A stretch of 64,000 bases of DNA from Candidatus Latescibacterota bacterium (GTDB taxonomy: Bacteria > Latescibacterota > UBA2968 > GCA-2709665): NCBI GenBank assembly GCA_965222075.1, contig OZ244937.1, forward strand, positions 4,608,001-4,672,000, read 5' to 3'. The position numbers and the translations under genes are program-made. Below, in pieces: positions 49,395-58,536 of the stretch. How positions within the stretch are numbered: position 1 is the stretch's first letter; each line of letters starts with the position of its first letter. The notes below the pieces were generated by a model. That model was not told the origin of the DNA. It was given only the letters and a program-made list of their open reading frames with translations, and made no database searches.

Positions 49395-49547
49395 CCCGAT
49401 TCGTGGTTCCTCGCGATTTCTAAAGTCCTACACCGCTTCTTGAACATCTGATGGTGTGGTGGACTGGCACTCTATCCACTATAATCCCGGAACAAGCATA
49501 ATCCTTTGGTGTACCATGATCAAGACTTAAAGAAGGAGAAACTGTTC

Positions 49548-50714
49548 ATGAAAATCACCAGAGTAGAACCCATCTTACTCACCGTCGACATGCCGGAGAA
49601 ATACCCCCTGCGATGGTCCGGAGGGGAAGCCGCCAGCATCAACTGCGCCCTGGTGCGTGTGCATACCGACGAGGGCGTCACCGGCCTGGGGGACTGCTAC
49701 GGAAGCGGATTTGTCGCCGGTGAAGCGACGGCCGAGCTCTTCCGCCTGTTCGGCATGTTCCTCCAGGGCAAAGACCCCCGCGACGTCGCCGGATGTTACG
49801 AAACCATGTACCGCCGCATCCTCTATTGGGGAAGGTCCGGACTGGCCGTGGCGGCGGCCAGCGCAGTTGAGAACGCCCTGTGGGACATTGCCGGAAAGGC
49901 CGTGGACCAGCCGACCTACCGCCTGCTGGGTGGACTGTGTCACGAGAAACTCTCCGTCTACGCCAGCGGCGGCCTGGAGCAGCCCTTAGTGGACCTGAAG
50001 GCAGAAATGAAGGCGCACCTGGCACGGGGGTTCAAAGCCGTAAAAATGCGCATCGGCGTAAACCTGAGACACGACCTGAAACGGGTCGCCGCCTGCCGTG
50101 ACGTCCTGGGACCGGACGTGAAGCTCATGGCCGACGCCGTCATGGGACACAACCCGGCCCCCTGGTCGGCTGCCGAAGCGATCCGGGTGGCGAAGGCCCT
50201 GGAACCCTACGACCTGTTCTGGCTGGAAGAACCCTGCTTTGCCGCGGACTACGACGGCTACGCCCACGTCCGCCGAAGCACCAGCATCCCCATCTCCGGC
50301 GGGGAGAGCGCCTGCATGCGCTACGAGTTCAAACACTTCTTCGACCGCCAGGCGCTCGATATCGTCCAGCCGGACGCCTGCCAGGCGGGCGGCATCCTGG
50401 AATGCCAGAAGGTCGCGGCCATGGCCGATGCCTGCGGCGTCAAAGTCGCCCCCCACGCCTGGGGGACCTCCATCACCGTCGCTGCCAACCTGGCGTGGGC
50501 ATTCGTCACGCCCAACATTGTCCTGGCCGAGTATCCCACCTGGCACTTCCCTCTCACGGACGAACTTTTTATCGAAAAACCTCGAATCGAAGCGGGCTGT
50601 ATTTATCCCCCCACAACGCCCGGACTGGGTGTAGACCTGTCCGGGGAACTCGAAGAAAAATACCGCTATCGGCCGGACGCCCCCAGGCTGAACATGCGGC
50701 GGGAAACGGAATAA
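49548..50714 (+). CDS. Mandelate racemase/muconate lactonizing enzyme (enolase superfamily)
   Basis: ALWDIAGKA, KAVKMRIG, MADA, WLEEP, GGES, DIVQPD and APH; AAGGAG RBS. Confidence 0.9.
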   Translation: MKITRVEPILLTVDMPEKYPLRWSGGEAASINCALVRVHTDEGVTGLGDCYGSGFVAGEATAELFRLFGMFLQGKDPRDVAGCYETMYRRILYWGRSGLAVAAASAVENALWDIAGKAVDQPTYRLLGGLCHEKLSVYASGGLEQPLVDLKAEMKAHLARGFKAVKMRIGVNLRHDLKRVAACRDVLGPDVKLMADAVMGHNPAPWSAAEAIRVAKALEPYDLFWLEEPCFAADYDGYAHVRRSTSIPISGGESACMRYEFKHFFDRQALDIVQPDACQAGGILECQKVAAMADACGVKVAPHAWGTSITVAANLAWAFVTPNIVLAEYPTWHFPLTDELFIEKPRIEAGCIYPPTTPGLGVDLSGELEEKYRYRPDAPRLNMRRETE

Positions 50715-50790
50715 TCCCGCTTGCGGCCTGCATGGAGGCGCACCCAGCTCACCGACCGGACCGGAACTCCGATATCGCGAATTCAAGAAC

Positions 50791-52020
50791 TCAGTCGAAT
50801 ACCCCCTCACCCTTCATAACCTCAAGCGCCTCTCCCATCGCGCCCACTGTCTTCTCGATATCCGCCTCCGAGTGAGAGAAGCTCGTATAGCACACCGAGT
50901 AGATTATCACCCCCCGCTTCAACACCTCTGCATTGAAGCGGAGAAAGAGGTCGGCGTTGCGCTCCCGGTCCGGGTGGGAAAACGTCAGTTGTCCTACCGG
51001 CGGCGTCCCCCGAAACCCGGCCGGGACACTCAGGCGCTCGCAGTGCGCCTTGAACCCCTCGTGAAGCTGTTGCCCCCGCGCCCAGAGCGTTCCGATCACA
51101 TCCTCCTGCTCATAGACCTCCAGCACCGCCTGCGCCGCCGCCAGCCCCAGGGTATCCCCGCCGAACGTCGAGGAAACCACGGCCTCTTTCACCGTCTCCA
51201 TCACCTCTGCGCGTCCCACAAAGCAGGAAAGCGGCATTCCGTTGGAAATCCCTTTGGCGAAAACCGCCAAGTCGGGCGTCACACCAAAATACTCCTGTCC
51301 CCCGCCCCGCCTCAGGCGGAACCCCATCACGATCTCGTCGAAAATCAACACCGCGCCGTGCTTCTTCGTCAGCCCCCGCAAATCGGCCAAAAAGGTGTGT
51401 CCCTTTTCAATATCCGCATACCCGCAGGCCACGCTAACCCCTGCGATCCCTTCAGGAGCAGTCTCAAACGCCTCCGCATAAGGCCCCACATCTCCCCAGG
51501 GCAATGCCCGGTAGGTCTCCCGGGTCGCCTCCGGCACCCCGGCGCGAGACATCGTATTCACCCAGCCGTGGTACCCGCTGGTCAGAATCAGATCCCGCCC
51601 GGTAAACGCCCGGGCCAGCCGATGCGTCGCCGCCATCGCCTCCCCGCCCGTCTTCAAAAACCGGACGCGTTCCGCGCAGGGAATCACCTCCACCAGACGC
51701 TCGGCCACCTCCACCTCCAGCGGGTGGGAATAGCTGAAAATCATCCCCCTCTCCATCTGCCGGCGCACCGCCTCATCCACCGCCGGAAACCGGTAGCCCA
51801 GCGAAATCGGTCCCAGCCCGTTTCGGTAATCGATATACTCGTTCCCGTCTAAGTCCCACACCCGGCACCCCTCTCCCCGGACCAGATAACACGGCTCCAC
51901 CCCTCTCAGCGCCTCCCTCGCCGCCTTGGAATGGGTCTGCGTCGCTAAGGGAATCACCCCCTCTGCCCGATCGCGTAGCGCCCACGATCGCTCCACTGAT
52001 CGTTCCACCGTCGTCGCCAT
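50791..52020 (-). CDS. Class III PLP-dependent aminotransferase (GSA aminomutase-like)
   Basis: WDLDGNEYID, KTGGEA, SGYHG, LIFDEIVMGFR, AKGISNG and SSTFGG. Confidence 0.9.
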   Translation of the reverse strand: MATTVERSVERSWALRDRAEGVIPLATQTHSKAAREALRGVEPCYLVRGEGCRVWDLDGNEYIDYRNGLGPISLGYRFPAVDEAVRRQMERGMIFSYSHPLEVEVAERLVEVIPCAERVRFLKTGGEAMAATHRLARAFTGRDLILTSGYHGWVNTMSRAGVPEATRETYRALPWGDVGPYAEAFETAPEGIAGVSVACGYADIEKGHTFLADLRGLTKKHGAVLIFDEIVMGFRLRRGGGQEYFGVTPDLAVFAKGISNGMPLSCFVGRAEVMETVKEAVVSSTFGGDTLGLAAAQAVLEVYEQEDVIGTLWARGQQLHEGFKAHCERLSVPAGFRGTPPVGQLTFSHPDRERNADLFLRFNAEVLKRGVIIYSVCYTSFSHSEADIEKTVGAMGEALEVMKGEGVFD

Positions 52021-52079
52021 TATTCTACCCTCCTCTATCTTATAGCGGATTTAAAATGCATTTCGCAATCCGAAATTGA

Positions 52080-54023
52080 TCAATATCCATGAATCGAATG
52101 CCCCGATCTCGGAAACCAGACGATGTCCACCAGCAGAGAGCCCCCCACACCTGCCGTATAGCCCACCAGCACTCCTAAGAAAAACGGCCGGCAGCGCCGG
52201 TAGAGCGCTGCGCCGCCGATACGGAGGAGAACGAACTTGATCGCCCAGGCTAAGAACACCGAAAATACCGTGTAGCGGACCGACGTGCCGGTGCCGGCCA
52301 GCGCAAACCCGACGGGATGGAACGGCCACCAGGGGAACCGGTATTTCAAAAACGTCAGCAGCGACATCGCAACCACCCCAATGCCGAACAGGCTCAACCG
52401 CAGCCGGTTGGGCGGTTCGGGGTTGTTCATCTGCGCTACCACCCCGGAAAATCCGGATTTGCTGTACCGGGTAAACGGGTAGTCGTTGAAATTGTAGGCC
52501 CCGTACGTATATCCCAGGTACAGCGTAAACAGAATCGACACCGCGCAGCCCGCCCCAAAGGCCAGAAACAGCGCGGCCAGCGCCCCCCGCCGCCCCGCTT
52601 GCGGACACGCATCCGCAAGCTTCGCCCCGTGCGTGACTGCCGGCATAAACAACCCCTTTCCGTATGAGGCGATCGCATTGGTAAACGCCAGCATCGTCAG
52701 GCTGGACCCGCTCAGGTTCTGAGACCCGAACAGGGAGGACACAAACCCCCGGGGCCCCACTGGCATGCTCACAAATACCAGCCCCATGTCGGACACGATC
52801 CGCGCCACCCCGATGTAGAGCACCAGCGCGGCGAATACGAACAGGCACGCCACCCCGAAACCCATTCCCGCCTGCCAGAACCACAACACCCCGAACAACA
52901 CGCTTACAACTAAGCCGAACACTGCGGTCCTGTAATTCATCATCTCTTCGGACTCGTCTAAAGGCGCCTCCCTGCCGAGCGCCTTTTTGACCACCATCTT
53001 CAAATGCCCCCGGGCCGACCACACCCCCCAGGCCACCAGTGCAAAAAGCGCCCCCAGAGGAATATACTGAAAATCCGCCGAAGCGTGCGACCACGAACTG
53101 GCGTTGTATCCCAGCTGGTTGAGAATCCCGCTGCGGATGACAAAGAGCAGGTCAAAGAACCACATGCTGAACAGCACGTCGATATTGGCAAAATAACAGA
53201 ACGAAATCGTAAACATATTGACCCGTGTCCACACCCCCGGAAAATAGCGCTCGAACCTCACCCACGGCCCCCACCGGATATTCGGAATCTCCGGGAAGCC
53301 CGGCACGAAATAGTGAATCATATTCCAGGCGATAATCCCGAACGCAACCGAAAACCCGATCCAGAAAAGCCGTGGGAAATCGCCCGTCTCGGACCGGACC
53401 GTCAGCTCCAGCGCCGGCTGCAGCACCGGATAGGTCAACCGCTCATTCTCCACCCACTGCTTCCGCAGGATCACCGCAATGCACACCGACGCGGCGAATA
53501 GCGCCGTCACCAGCGCCATCCAGCAGGCCACCGGCACGTACCAGACGGCCCAGGGAATCGGCTCGCCGGGAGGAAGCCCCTCGAACAGATAGTCCAAGAC
53601 CCCGTTCACGTTCCGGGGTGCCAGCCACTCCAAAATGTAAGGATGAAAAAACTCCCCCCACCGATTCTCCGGCGTGGCAAAATAAAAGGGGGCTGCAACC
53701 GCCCCCAGAAAATATCCGGTTAGCCCCACCGACGGAATCGCCCCGCCCACCAGCCCCCCGCCCAGGCCCACCAGCAGTTCCGTAGAAGACAGGGCATAAC
53801 GCCTTACCAGCAGCCTGCAAATCGGATTCAGCACCAGCGCCAGCGCCAGATAGACCATCAGCGTCCCCATCGGAAAGTGGCTGAGGGTCATCCGGGAAGC
53901 GTGAATCACGTACTCGATGTAATTCACCCACAAATTGGCCGCTACGGCCAGGCCCACGCCCAGGAGAATGGACCGGAGCGTAACCCCCCTCTGAACGGAT
54001 CTTATTCCACGCCCGCCGCCCAC
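52080..54023 (-). CDS. DUF6785/DUF6784-type multi-pass membrane protein (putative transporter), paralog 1
   Basis: Many hydrophobic segments; YFATPEN.W, ILRKQWVENERLTYP, WWPFHPVGF and PFFLG motifs. Confidence 0.8.
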   Translation of the reverse strand: MGGGRGIRSVQRGVTLRSILLGVGLAVAANLWVNYIEYVIHASRMTLSHFPMGTLMVYLALALVLNPICRLLVRRYALSSTELLVGLGGGLVGGAIPSVGLTGYFLGAVAAPFYFATPENRWGEFFHPYILEWLAPRNVNGVLDYLFEGLPPGEPIPWAVWYVPVACWMALVTALFAASVCIAVILRKQWVENERLTYPVLQPALELTVRSETGDFPRLFWIGFSVAFGIIAWNMIHYFVPGFPEIPNIRWGPWVRFERYFPGVWTRVNMFTISFCYFANIDVLFSMWFFDLLFVIRSGILNQLGYNASSWSHASADFQYIPLGALFALVAWGVWSARGHLKMVVKKALGREAPLDESEEMMNYRTAVFGLVVSVLFGVLWFWQAGMGFGVACLFVFAALVLYIGVARIVSDMGLVFVSMPVGPRGFVSSLFGSQNLSGSSLTMLAFTNAIASYGKGLFMPAVTHGAKLADACPQAGRRGALAALFLAFGAGCAVSILFTLYLGYTYGAYNFNDYPFTRYSKSGFSGVVAQMNNPEPPNRLRLSLFGIGVVAMSLLTFLKYRFPWWPFHPVGFALAGTGTSVRYTVFSVFLAWAIKFVLLRIGGAALYRRCRPFFLGVLVGYTAGVGGSLLVDIVWFPRSGHSIHGY

Positions 54024-55624
54024 GTATTCCCCCCTGCCCGGGCCTTCTTTTCACCCTTGAGCGCCTCCGCACAGTGCACCGCTCCCCCGATACTGCCCAC
54101 CACTTCAACCTCGTGTCCCATTCCCCTCAGGCCCTCCAGGACCGTTTCTCCGATGGATTCCGTAACCGTCAACGGTTCGTCCGTCTGAACGTGCATCCTT
54201 GGCCCGGCCGCTGACTCGTAGGAACTCGCCCCGTAATCCACAACCTGCTGCGAGACCCGGGCGTTCACGCTGATAATCCGCCTGCCCCCCGGCATCCCTG
54301 TGGCTACATCCCTCTGCGGCAGCCTGAGCGCCATCGGCGCCGTATTGTTCAGCGGCCGCTTGCCCGGCCCGACCGAATTCCGGCGTCCCGGACGCGGGTC
54401 CAGGCGGCACATCGCGTGCCCCAGAATGATCCCTGTCTCCGGCACAACCACGCACGACCCGAACGCGCCCCCCTGCGAAATCGTCACTGAAGCCACATTC
54501 CCCTCCACGTCCGCCGCCGAAACGTGCAGCGTACCGTGGACCGAATCGCCCGCAGGCGGTGGCGCCAGGCGGTCCACGTCATCCGGAAACTGCCGCATCG
54601 TCTCCACCCGCCCCATCGCATACTCCCTGCTCAACAGCCGCTCCACCGGCACGTCCACAAAGTCGGGGTCTCCGAGATACGTCAACCGGTCCCGCCACGC
54701 CAGCTTCAGAACCTCCGCCAGCCGGTGCCAGTAGGCCACCGTATCGTCGGGCGCCGGGTCGAAGCAGTCAAGCATATTCAGGATCTGCAGACTCGACAGT
54801 CCCCCGTTCGGCAGAATCGCGCCGTACACCTTTGCGTTCCGGTAGGAAATCTCGTAGGGCGCCGTCACCCGCGGGGTGTACGATGCCATATCCTCCCGCG
54901 TCAGGATGCCGCCCGCGCTGCCGATGTAGTCCGCAATCCGCCGCCCGATCTCCCCTTCGTAAAAATCCCGCCAGCCCGCAGCAGCGATCCGCTCCAGCGT
55001 CACCTCCATATCCCGCCGATGCCACACATCATCCGGTTCGGGCACCTTCCCCTCCGGCATCAGGTGTCGGGCCGTCGGCTCGAACTTCCGGATCACCCCC
55101 TCCAGGTTCCTGATCGCCCCCGCTGTTGAACCGTACGGAAACCCGTCCGCCAGCAGCTTCAGAGAGGGCGCCACAATATCGGGCCAGGCCAGCCTCCCCC
55201 ACCGTTCCCACAGCGTCCCCATCCCCGCCATCATCCCCGGCGCTCCTACCGAAAGCGGCCCGTGCACATTCGCATTGTCCCTGACGCGGCAGAAATACTC
55301 GTTCTCGTTAATCCCCTTCGGTCTGTCACCCACCCGCATCACCTTGAACATCCGCTCGTGGGCCGCCGCCGGCGCGGCTGCATTCGCGTCCAGCGACCAG
55401 GCCTCCCCTGTGGCCCCCTCCAGCACCACCGCGCAGCACACATACCCGCCCACCCCTGTTGACTGCGGCTGAAGCATACAGCACGCCATACTCGCCGCCG
55501 CTGCCGCATCCATCGCATTTCCCCCCTGCGCCAGCACCCCTGCGCCCACCCGTGCCGCCGCCTCCGGCCCCGCCGCCACCGCCCCCACCGAAGACACCAC
55601 CTCTTTCCCTTCAACCATTTTCAC
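54002..55624 (-). CDS. Gamma-glutamyltransferase family (Ntn hydrolase), no signal peptide
   Basis: GGNAMDAAAA, FYEGEI, WRDR..LGDP, HGTLHVSAAD (Thr nucleophile), GKRPL and GMPGG. Confidence 0.9.
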   Translation of the reverse strand: MKMVEGKEVVSSVGAVAAGPEAAARVGAGVLAQGGNAMDAAAAASMACCMLQPQSTGVGGYVCCAVVLEGATGEAWSLDANAAAPAAAHERMFKVMRVGDRPKGINENEYFCRVRDNANVHGPLSVGAPGMMAGMGTLWERWGRLAWPDIVAPSLKLLADGFPYGSTAGAIRNLEGVIRKFEPTARHLMPEGKVPEPDDVWHRRDMEVTLERIAAAGWRDFYEGEIGRRIADYIGSAGGILTREDMASYTPRVTAPYEISYRNAKVYGAILPNGGLSSLQILNMLDCFDPAPDDTVAYWHRLAEVLKLAWRDRLTYLGDPDFVDVPVERLLSREYAMGRVETMRQFPDDVDRLAPPPAGDSVHGTLHVSAADVEGNVASVTISQGGAFGSCVVVPETGIILGHAMCRLDPRPGRRNSVGPGKRPLNNTAPMALRLPQRDVATGMPGGRRIISVNARVSQQVVDYGASSYESAAGPRMHVQTDEPLTVTESIGETVLEGLRGMGHEVEVVGSIGGAVHCAEALKGEKKARAGGNTWAAGVE

Positions 55625-55700
55625 CCTCTCTTTCTATAGATCGCAGAGTGAAAATCAGATTTTAACCCCTTCTTGTCTTTCTCTGCGTCTCTGCGGTAGA

Positions 55701-55974
55701 TCATGGTTTCCCCGCCATCCCCTGCGCCACCTTACAAATCGCAGCCCCTATATCCCGAATATCCCCCTCCTCCATCTGCTCGTGAATCTCCCGCACCGCC
55801 ACCGTCCTCAGCCCCGCCACCGCCCCTGGCACCAGCTTGGGCCCGTAGGGGTAGTCCCGGCTTGTCACCCCGCACGTAAACGGACACCCGCTCTTCCCGT
55901 TCTCCAAAGGGCGCCCGGCTTGGGAAAGGCGTCGTCCGTACCTTCGGCCCCCCGTCAATCGCCAGCTTCTCCAT
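55701..55974 (-). pseudogene. DegT/DnrJ-type aminotransferase remnant (N- and C-termini only)
   Basis: MEKLAIDGGPKVR..FGEREE joined out of frame to GKSGCPFTC..DIRDIGAAICKVA; AAAGGG RBS retained. Confidence 0.7.
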
Positions 55975-56055
55975 CGCTATCCCTTTCTGTTTAGAAAATA
56001 ACCAGATACCCGGGTCCAGCTGTTCTTTTGCTGATGGCCTTTTTCTTGCTCGCCC

Positions 56056-56477
56056 CAGTAATTTCCGGTTAGAAAATTGCGGTTAAGATTTTGCTGGGGT
56101 CAAAAAGTTGTTTAAAATCTCCGTCGATAAACATCCCCTTTTGAAGTATTTCTAAACAAAATGTTAAGCATAAAAACTTGCTTCGACACGACCGATATCT
56201 ACCTTGGATAACCCTGCCAAACGGCGCTCTCGGAACCCATCGCCTTCGGGATGGCGTCCAGATTGCTCGACTCGACTGCTCTTTGATCAAAAAGCTCTGC
56301 GCCGAAAGGCCCAAATCGTCCAAAAGGCCGTTGGAAAGGCCTCGTTTGTATCCGATTTTTCGCTCGGAATCCTTAAGCAGGATGGTATGGCAAGAAAGGC
56401 TTATGAGTTAAACCTTTGTTTCTAATTGTCTTATTAAACGTTCCTTTGGCAAGCAATTTTCTAACCGGAAATTACTG
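56056..56477. mobile_element. MITE-like non-autonomous element, 422 bp
   Basis: Perfect 25-bp TIRs CAGTAATTTCCGGTTAGAAAATTGC (56056-56080 and 56453-56477); 8-bp direct repeat GCTCGCCC at 56048-56055 and 56478-56485; AT-rich interior with no transposase. Confidence 0.88.
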
Positions 56478-56554
56478 GCTCGCCCAAGAAAAAGGCCGAA
56501 AAAGAAGGGCGCCTGCCTGTGCCGAAGGCAGACAGGCAAGCAGGCAGACAGGCA

Positions 56555-58450
56555 TTAGCCAACTTCAATCCATATCGGCGACGACCAGGCCTGGTTTTGG
56601 TCTCGCTGCGTAATCCGTACATAATAGTAACAGAAGGGAGACAAACCGGAAAACACAGGCATTTGGAACGTCAGTGGCCTGGAATCGCAAAACGTCGTCT
56701 CCACCGTATAGGCCCCGGGGCTCTCCTCATAGACCACCTCCCCGTTCCGGATCACCTCCACCCGATCGATCGGCCGCGTGCCGGCCGCACGGACCTGTAG
56801 CACGCGATCCCCTTCCCATCCCAATACCTCCTCCCCCATGAGGTGCTCGCCCAGCGTCACATAGAGCAGAATCTTCGCGCCCGTGGTCGCGTAACACCGC
56901 CTCGCCCGGATCGCATCGAAGATCGCCTCCCGGCCCAGCGCCTTCGCCAGCACCGCCGTCCACCCCCGCCCTTCGTTGTGCCCATGTGGGCCGGACCCTG
57001 GTTGCCCAAGTTGATTGTCCGTACCCCCAATAAAGCCCATGCGCCGCCCCTGAGACAGCGCATACTGCGCCGAATGTTCGCCCCCGATCTCCGAAATCCC
57101 CCACCGGGAACAGATCTCCATCACCGGCTCCATCCGGTTGGGCGGGATGCTGAAATCCGTCCCGTGGATAAACTTCATGTGGTGCGGAAACGTCAGCGCC
57201 CCGGTCCCCTCCAGCGTCGCCCAGAGATTGTCCGGATGGCAGGCCGCATTGCTCCGCCAGTCGCCCCAGTGTGCATGACCCACCGGAAACCGCTCGGCGT
57301 CTGCTAAGTTTCGGAACAGCGCGTGGCGATGTCCGTAGCTGCTGTAATTCTCGCAAATCGGGAGCGTGGCAAAATCCTCCCGCCCGTTAAACGCTTCGTT
57401 GATCTCCAGATAAGCCTGCCAGTGCTTCCGGGAAAACGGGAAGTTCATCGAATTTTGCTGGTGGCTCACCGACGCAAAGTCCAGCTCCGAAATTTCGTAC
57501 GCGTAGTCGTAGGCCTCCTGCATCGTCCCGAACCCGTCGCACGGTCGGCAGTGCGAGTGCAGGTCCCCAAAAAAGACCCGGTAGCCCCCAAAGTGCTCCG
57601 GGGACCCCACCGGATTGCTCCGCCCGATCAAGTCGCACGACAAATCCTGCGCCTGCACATAGTGAAACGGTCCCTCCCCTGTGATCGGCACCTCAATCCG
57701 CGTAAACCTCTCCGCCCTGCCGATGGAGACCCTGTACTCCACCTCCTCCACGTCCAGTTCCGACACCGTCACCTCCCCGCCGTAGTCGAACGCCCGGTTC
57801 AGATCGTACTGGTCCATGGGCACGATCTTGAACGACGGTATCCCGTCTGGCCCGGTCACCGCCTGAGTCGTCACCCGAAGCGACCGCGCATACCCCCCAT
57901 ACGTCGTCACCCCCGGCGTTGTTGAAAGCGGCCGGAAGGCATCCGTCCCATGCGGTCGGAGCGCCGTCGTAAAGGGGTGGAACTGCACCGTCTGCGGCGC
58001 GCGCACGCGCGTTCCGTCCGGGTGCGCAAGGTGAATCCTCAGCCGCTCGCCCACCGGCAGCGCCCCGCCTTCCAAGTGCACGTGGATGAGGAACTCAAAT
58101 CCCACCGGAATCAGCGCAACATGGGCCTGCACCCCCTCGGCCGACGGCTCTGCCGCGACAAAACACTGCCGCCCGTTGCCATATCCCCCCTCCCACACCG
58201 CGAAAAACTTCGAAATCTCCGGAAACGCCCCGTTTAAATCCAGCTTCCAGGTCCGGGGCACCGCCACCAGCAGATCCGTCCCGGCCCCCAGCGCCGCCTC
58301 TACCGGCGAAATCGTAAACGACAGGTGCAGAGGCTCGCACACCTGCGCCGTGGGAGGGTGCATTTCAACGGCCGCCTCAAAGGGTTGCGCATCCTCAAAC
58401 CCCGCTTCCAGCACCCCCCACTCCCGGCGGTTCATAGAAATCTCTGCCAT
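56555..58450 (-). CDS. PHP-domain metallohydrolase (DUF3604/CehA-McbA-like)
   Basis: FFGDLHSH..CDG, GHRH, FPHH, EICSRWG, GFIGGTD, RRCYATTG, YYYVRITQ and AWSSPIW. Start at MAEISM (58450). Confidence 0.8.
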   Translation of the reverse strand: MAEISMNRREWGVLEAGFEDAQPFEAAVEMHPPTAQVCEPLHLSFTISPVEAALGAGTDLLVAVPRTWKLDLNGAFPEISKFFAVWEGGYGNGRQCFVAAEPSAEGVQAHVALIPVGFEFLIHVHLEGGALPVGERLRIHLAHPDGTRVRAPQTVQFHPFTTALRPHGTDAFRPLSTTPGVTTYGGYARSLRVTTQAVTGPDGIPSFKIVPMDQYDLNRAFDYGGEVTVSELDVEEVEYRVSIGRAERFTRIEVPITGEGPFHYVQAQDLSCDLIGRSNPVGSPEHFGGYRVFFGDLHSHCRPCDGFGTMQEAYDYAYEISELDFASVSHQQNSMNFPFSRKHWQAYLEINEAFNGREDFATLPICENYSSYGHRHALFRNLADAERFPVGHAHWGDWRSNAACHPDNLWATLEGTGALTFPHHMKFIHGTDFSIPPNRMEPVMEICSRWGISEIGGEHSAQYALSQGRRMGFIGGTDNQLGQPGSGPHGHNEGRGWTAVLAKALGREAIFDAIRARRCYATTGAKILLYVTLGEHLMGEEVLGWEGDRVLQVRAAGTRPIDRVEVIRNGEVVYEESPGAYTVETTFCDSRPLTFQMPVFSGLSPFCYYYVRITQRDQNQAWSSPIWIEVG

Positions 58451-58536
58451 AGAAATGTGGCGCAAAGAACCCTCGTCTTCAAACGATGGCGCAATGCGCC
58501 CTCCTCTTGGAAAAGCTGCTCCACAACAACCGCAGA

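Noticed and set aside
49487-49520. Possible dif site at the skew switch (AACAAGCATAA...)
   Set aside because: Only the left arm faintly resembles a XerC site; there is no TTATGTTAAAT-like XerD arm.
56069-56425. Short ORFs inside the MITE as transposase remnants
   Set aside because: Only an isolated FIDG tetrapeptide; no convincing DDE domain in the ORFs examined.
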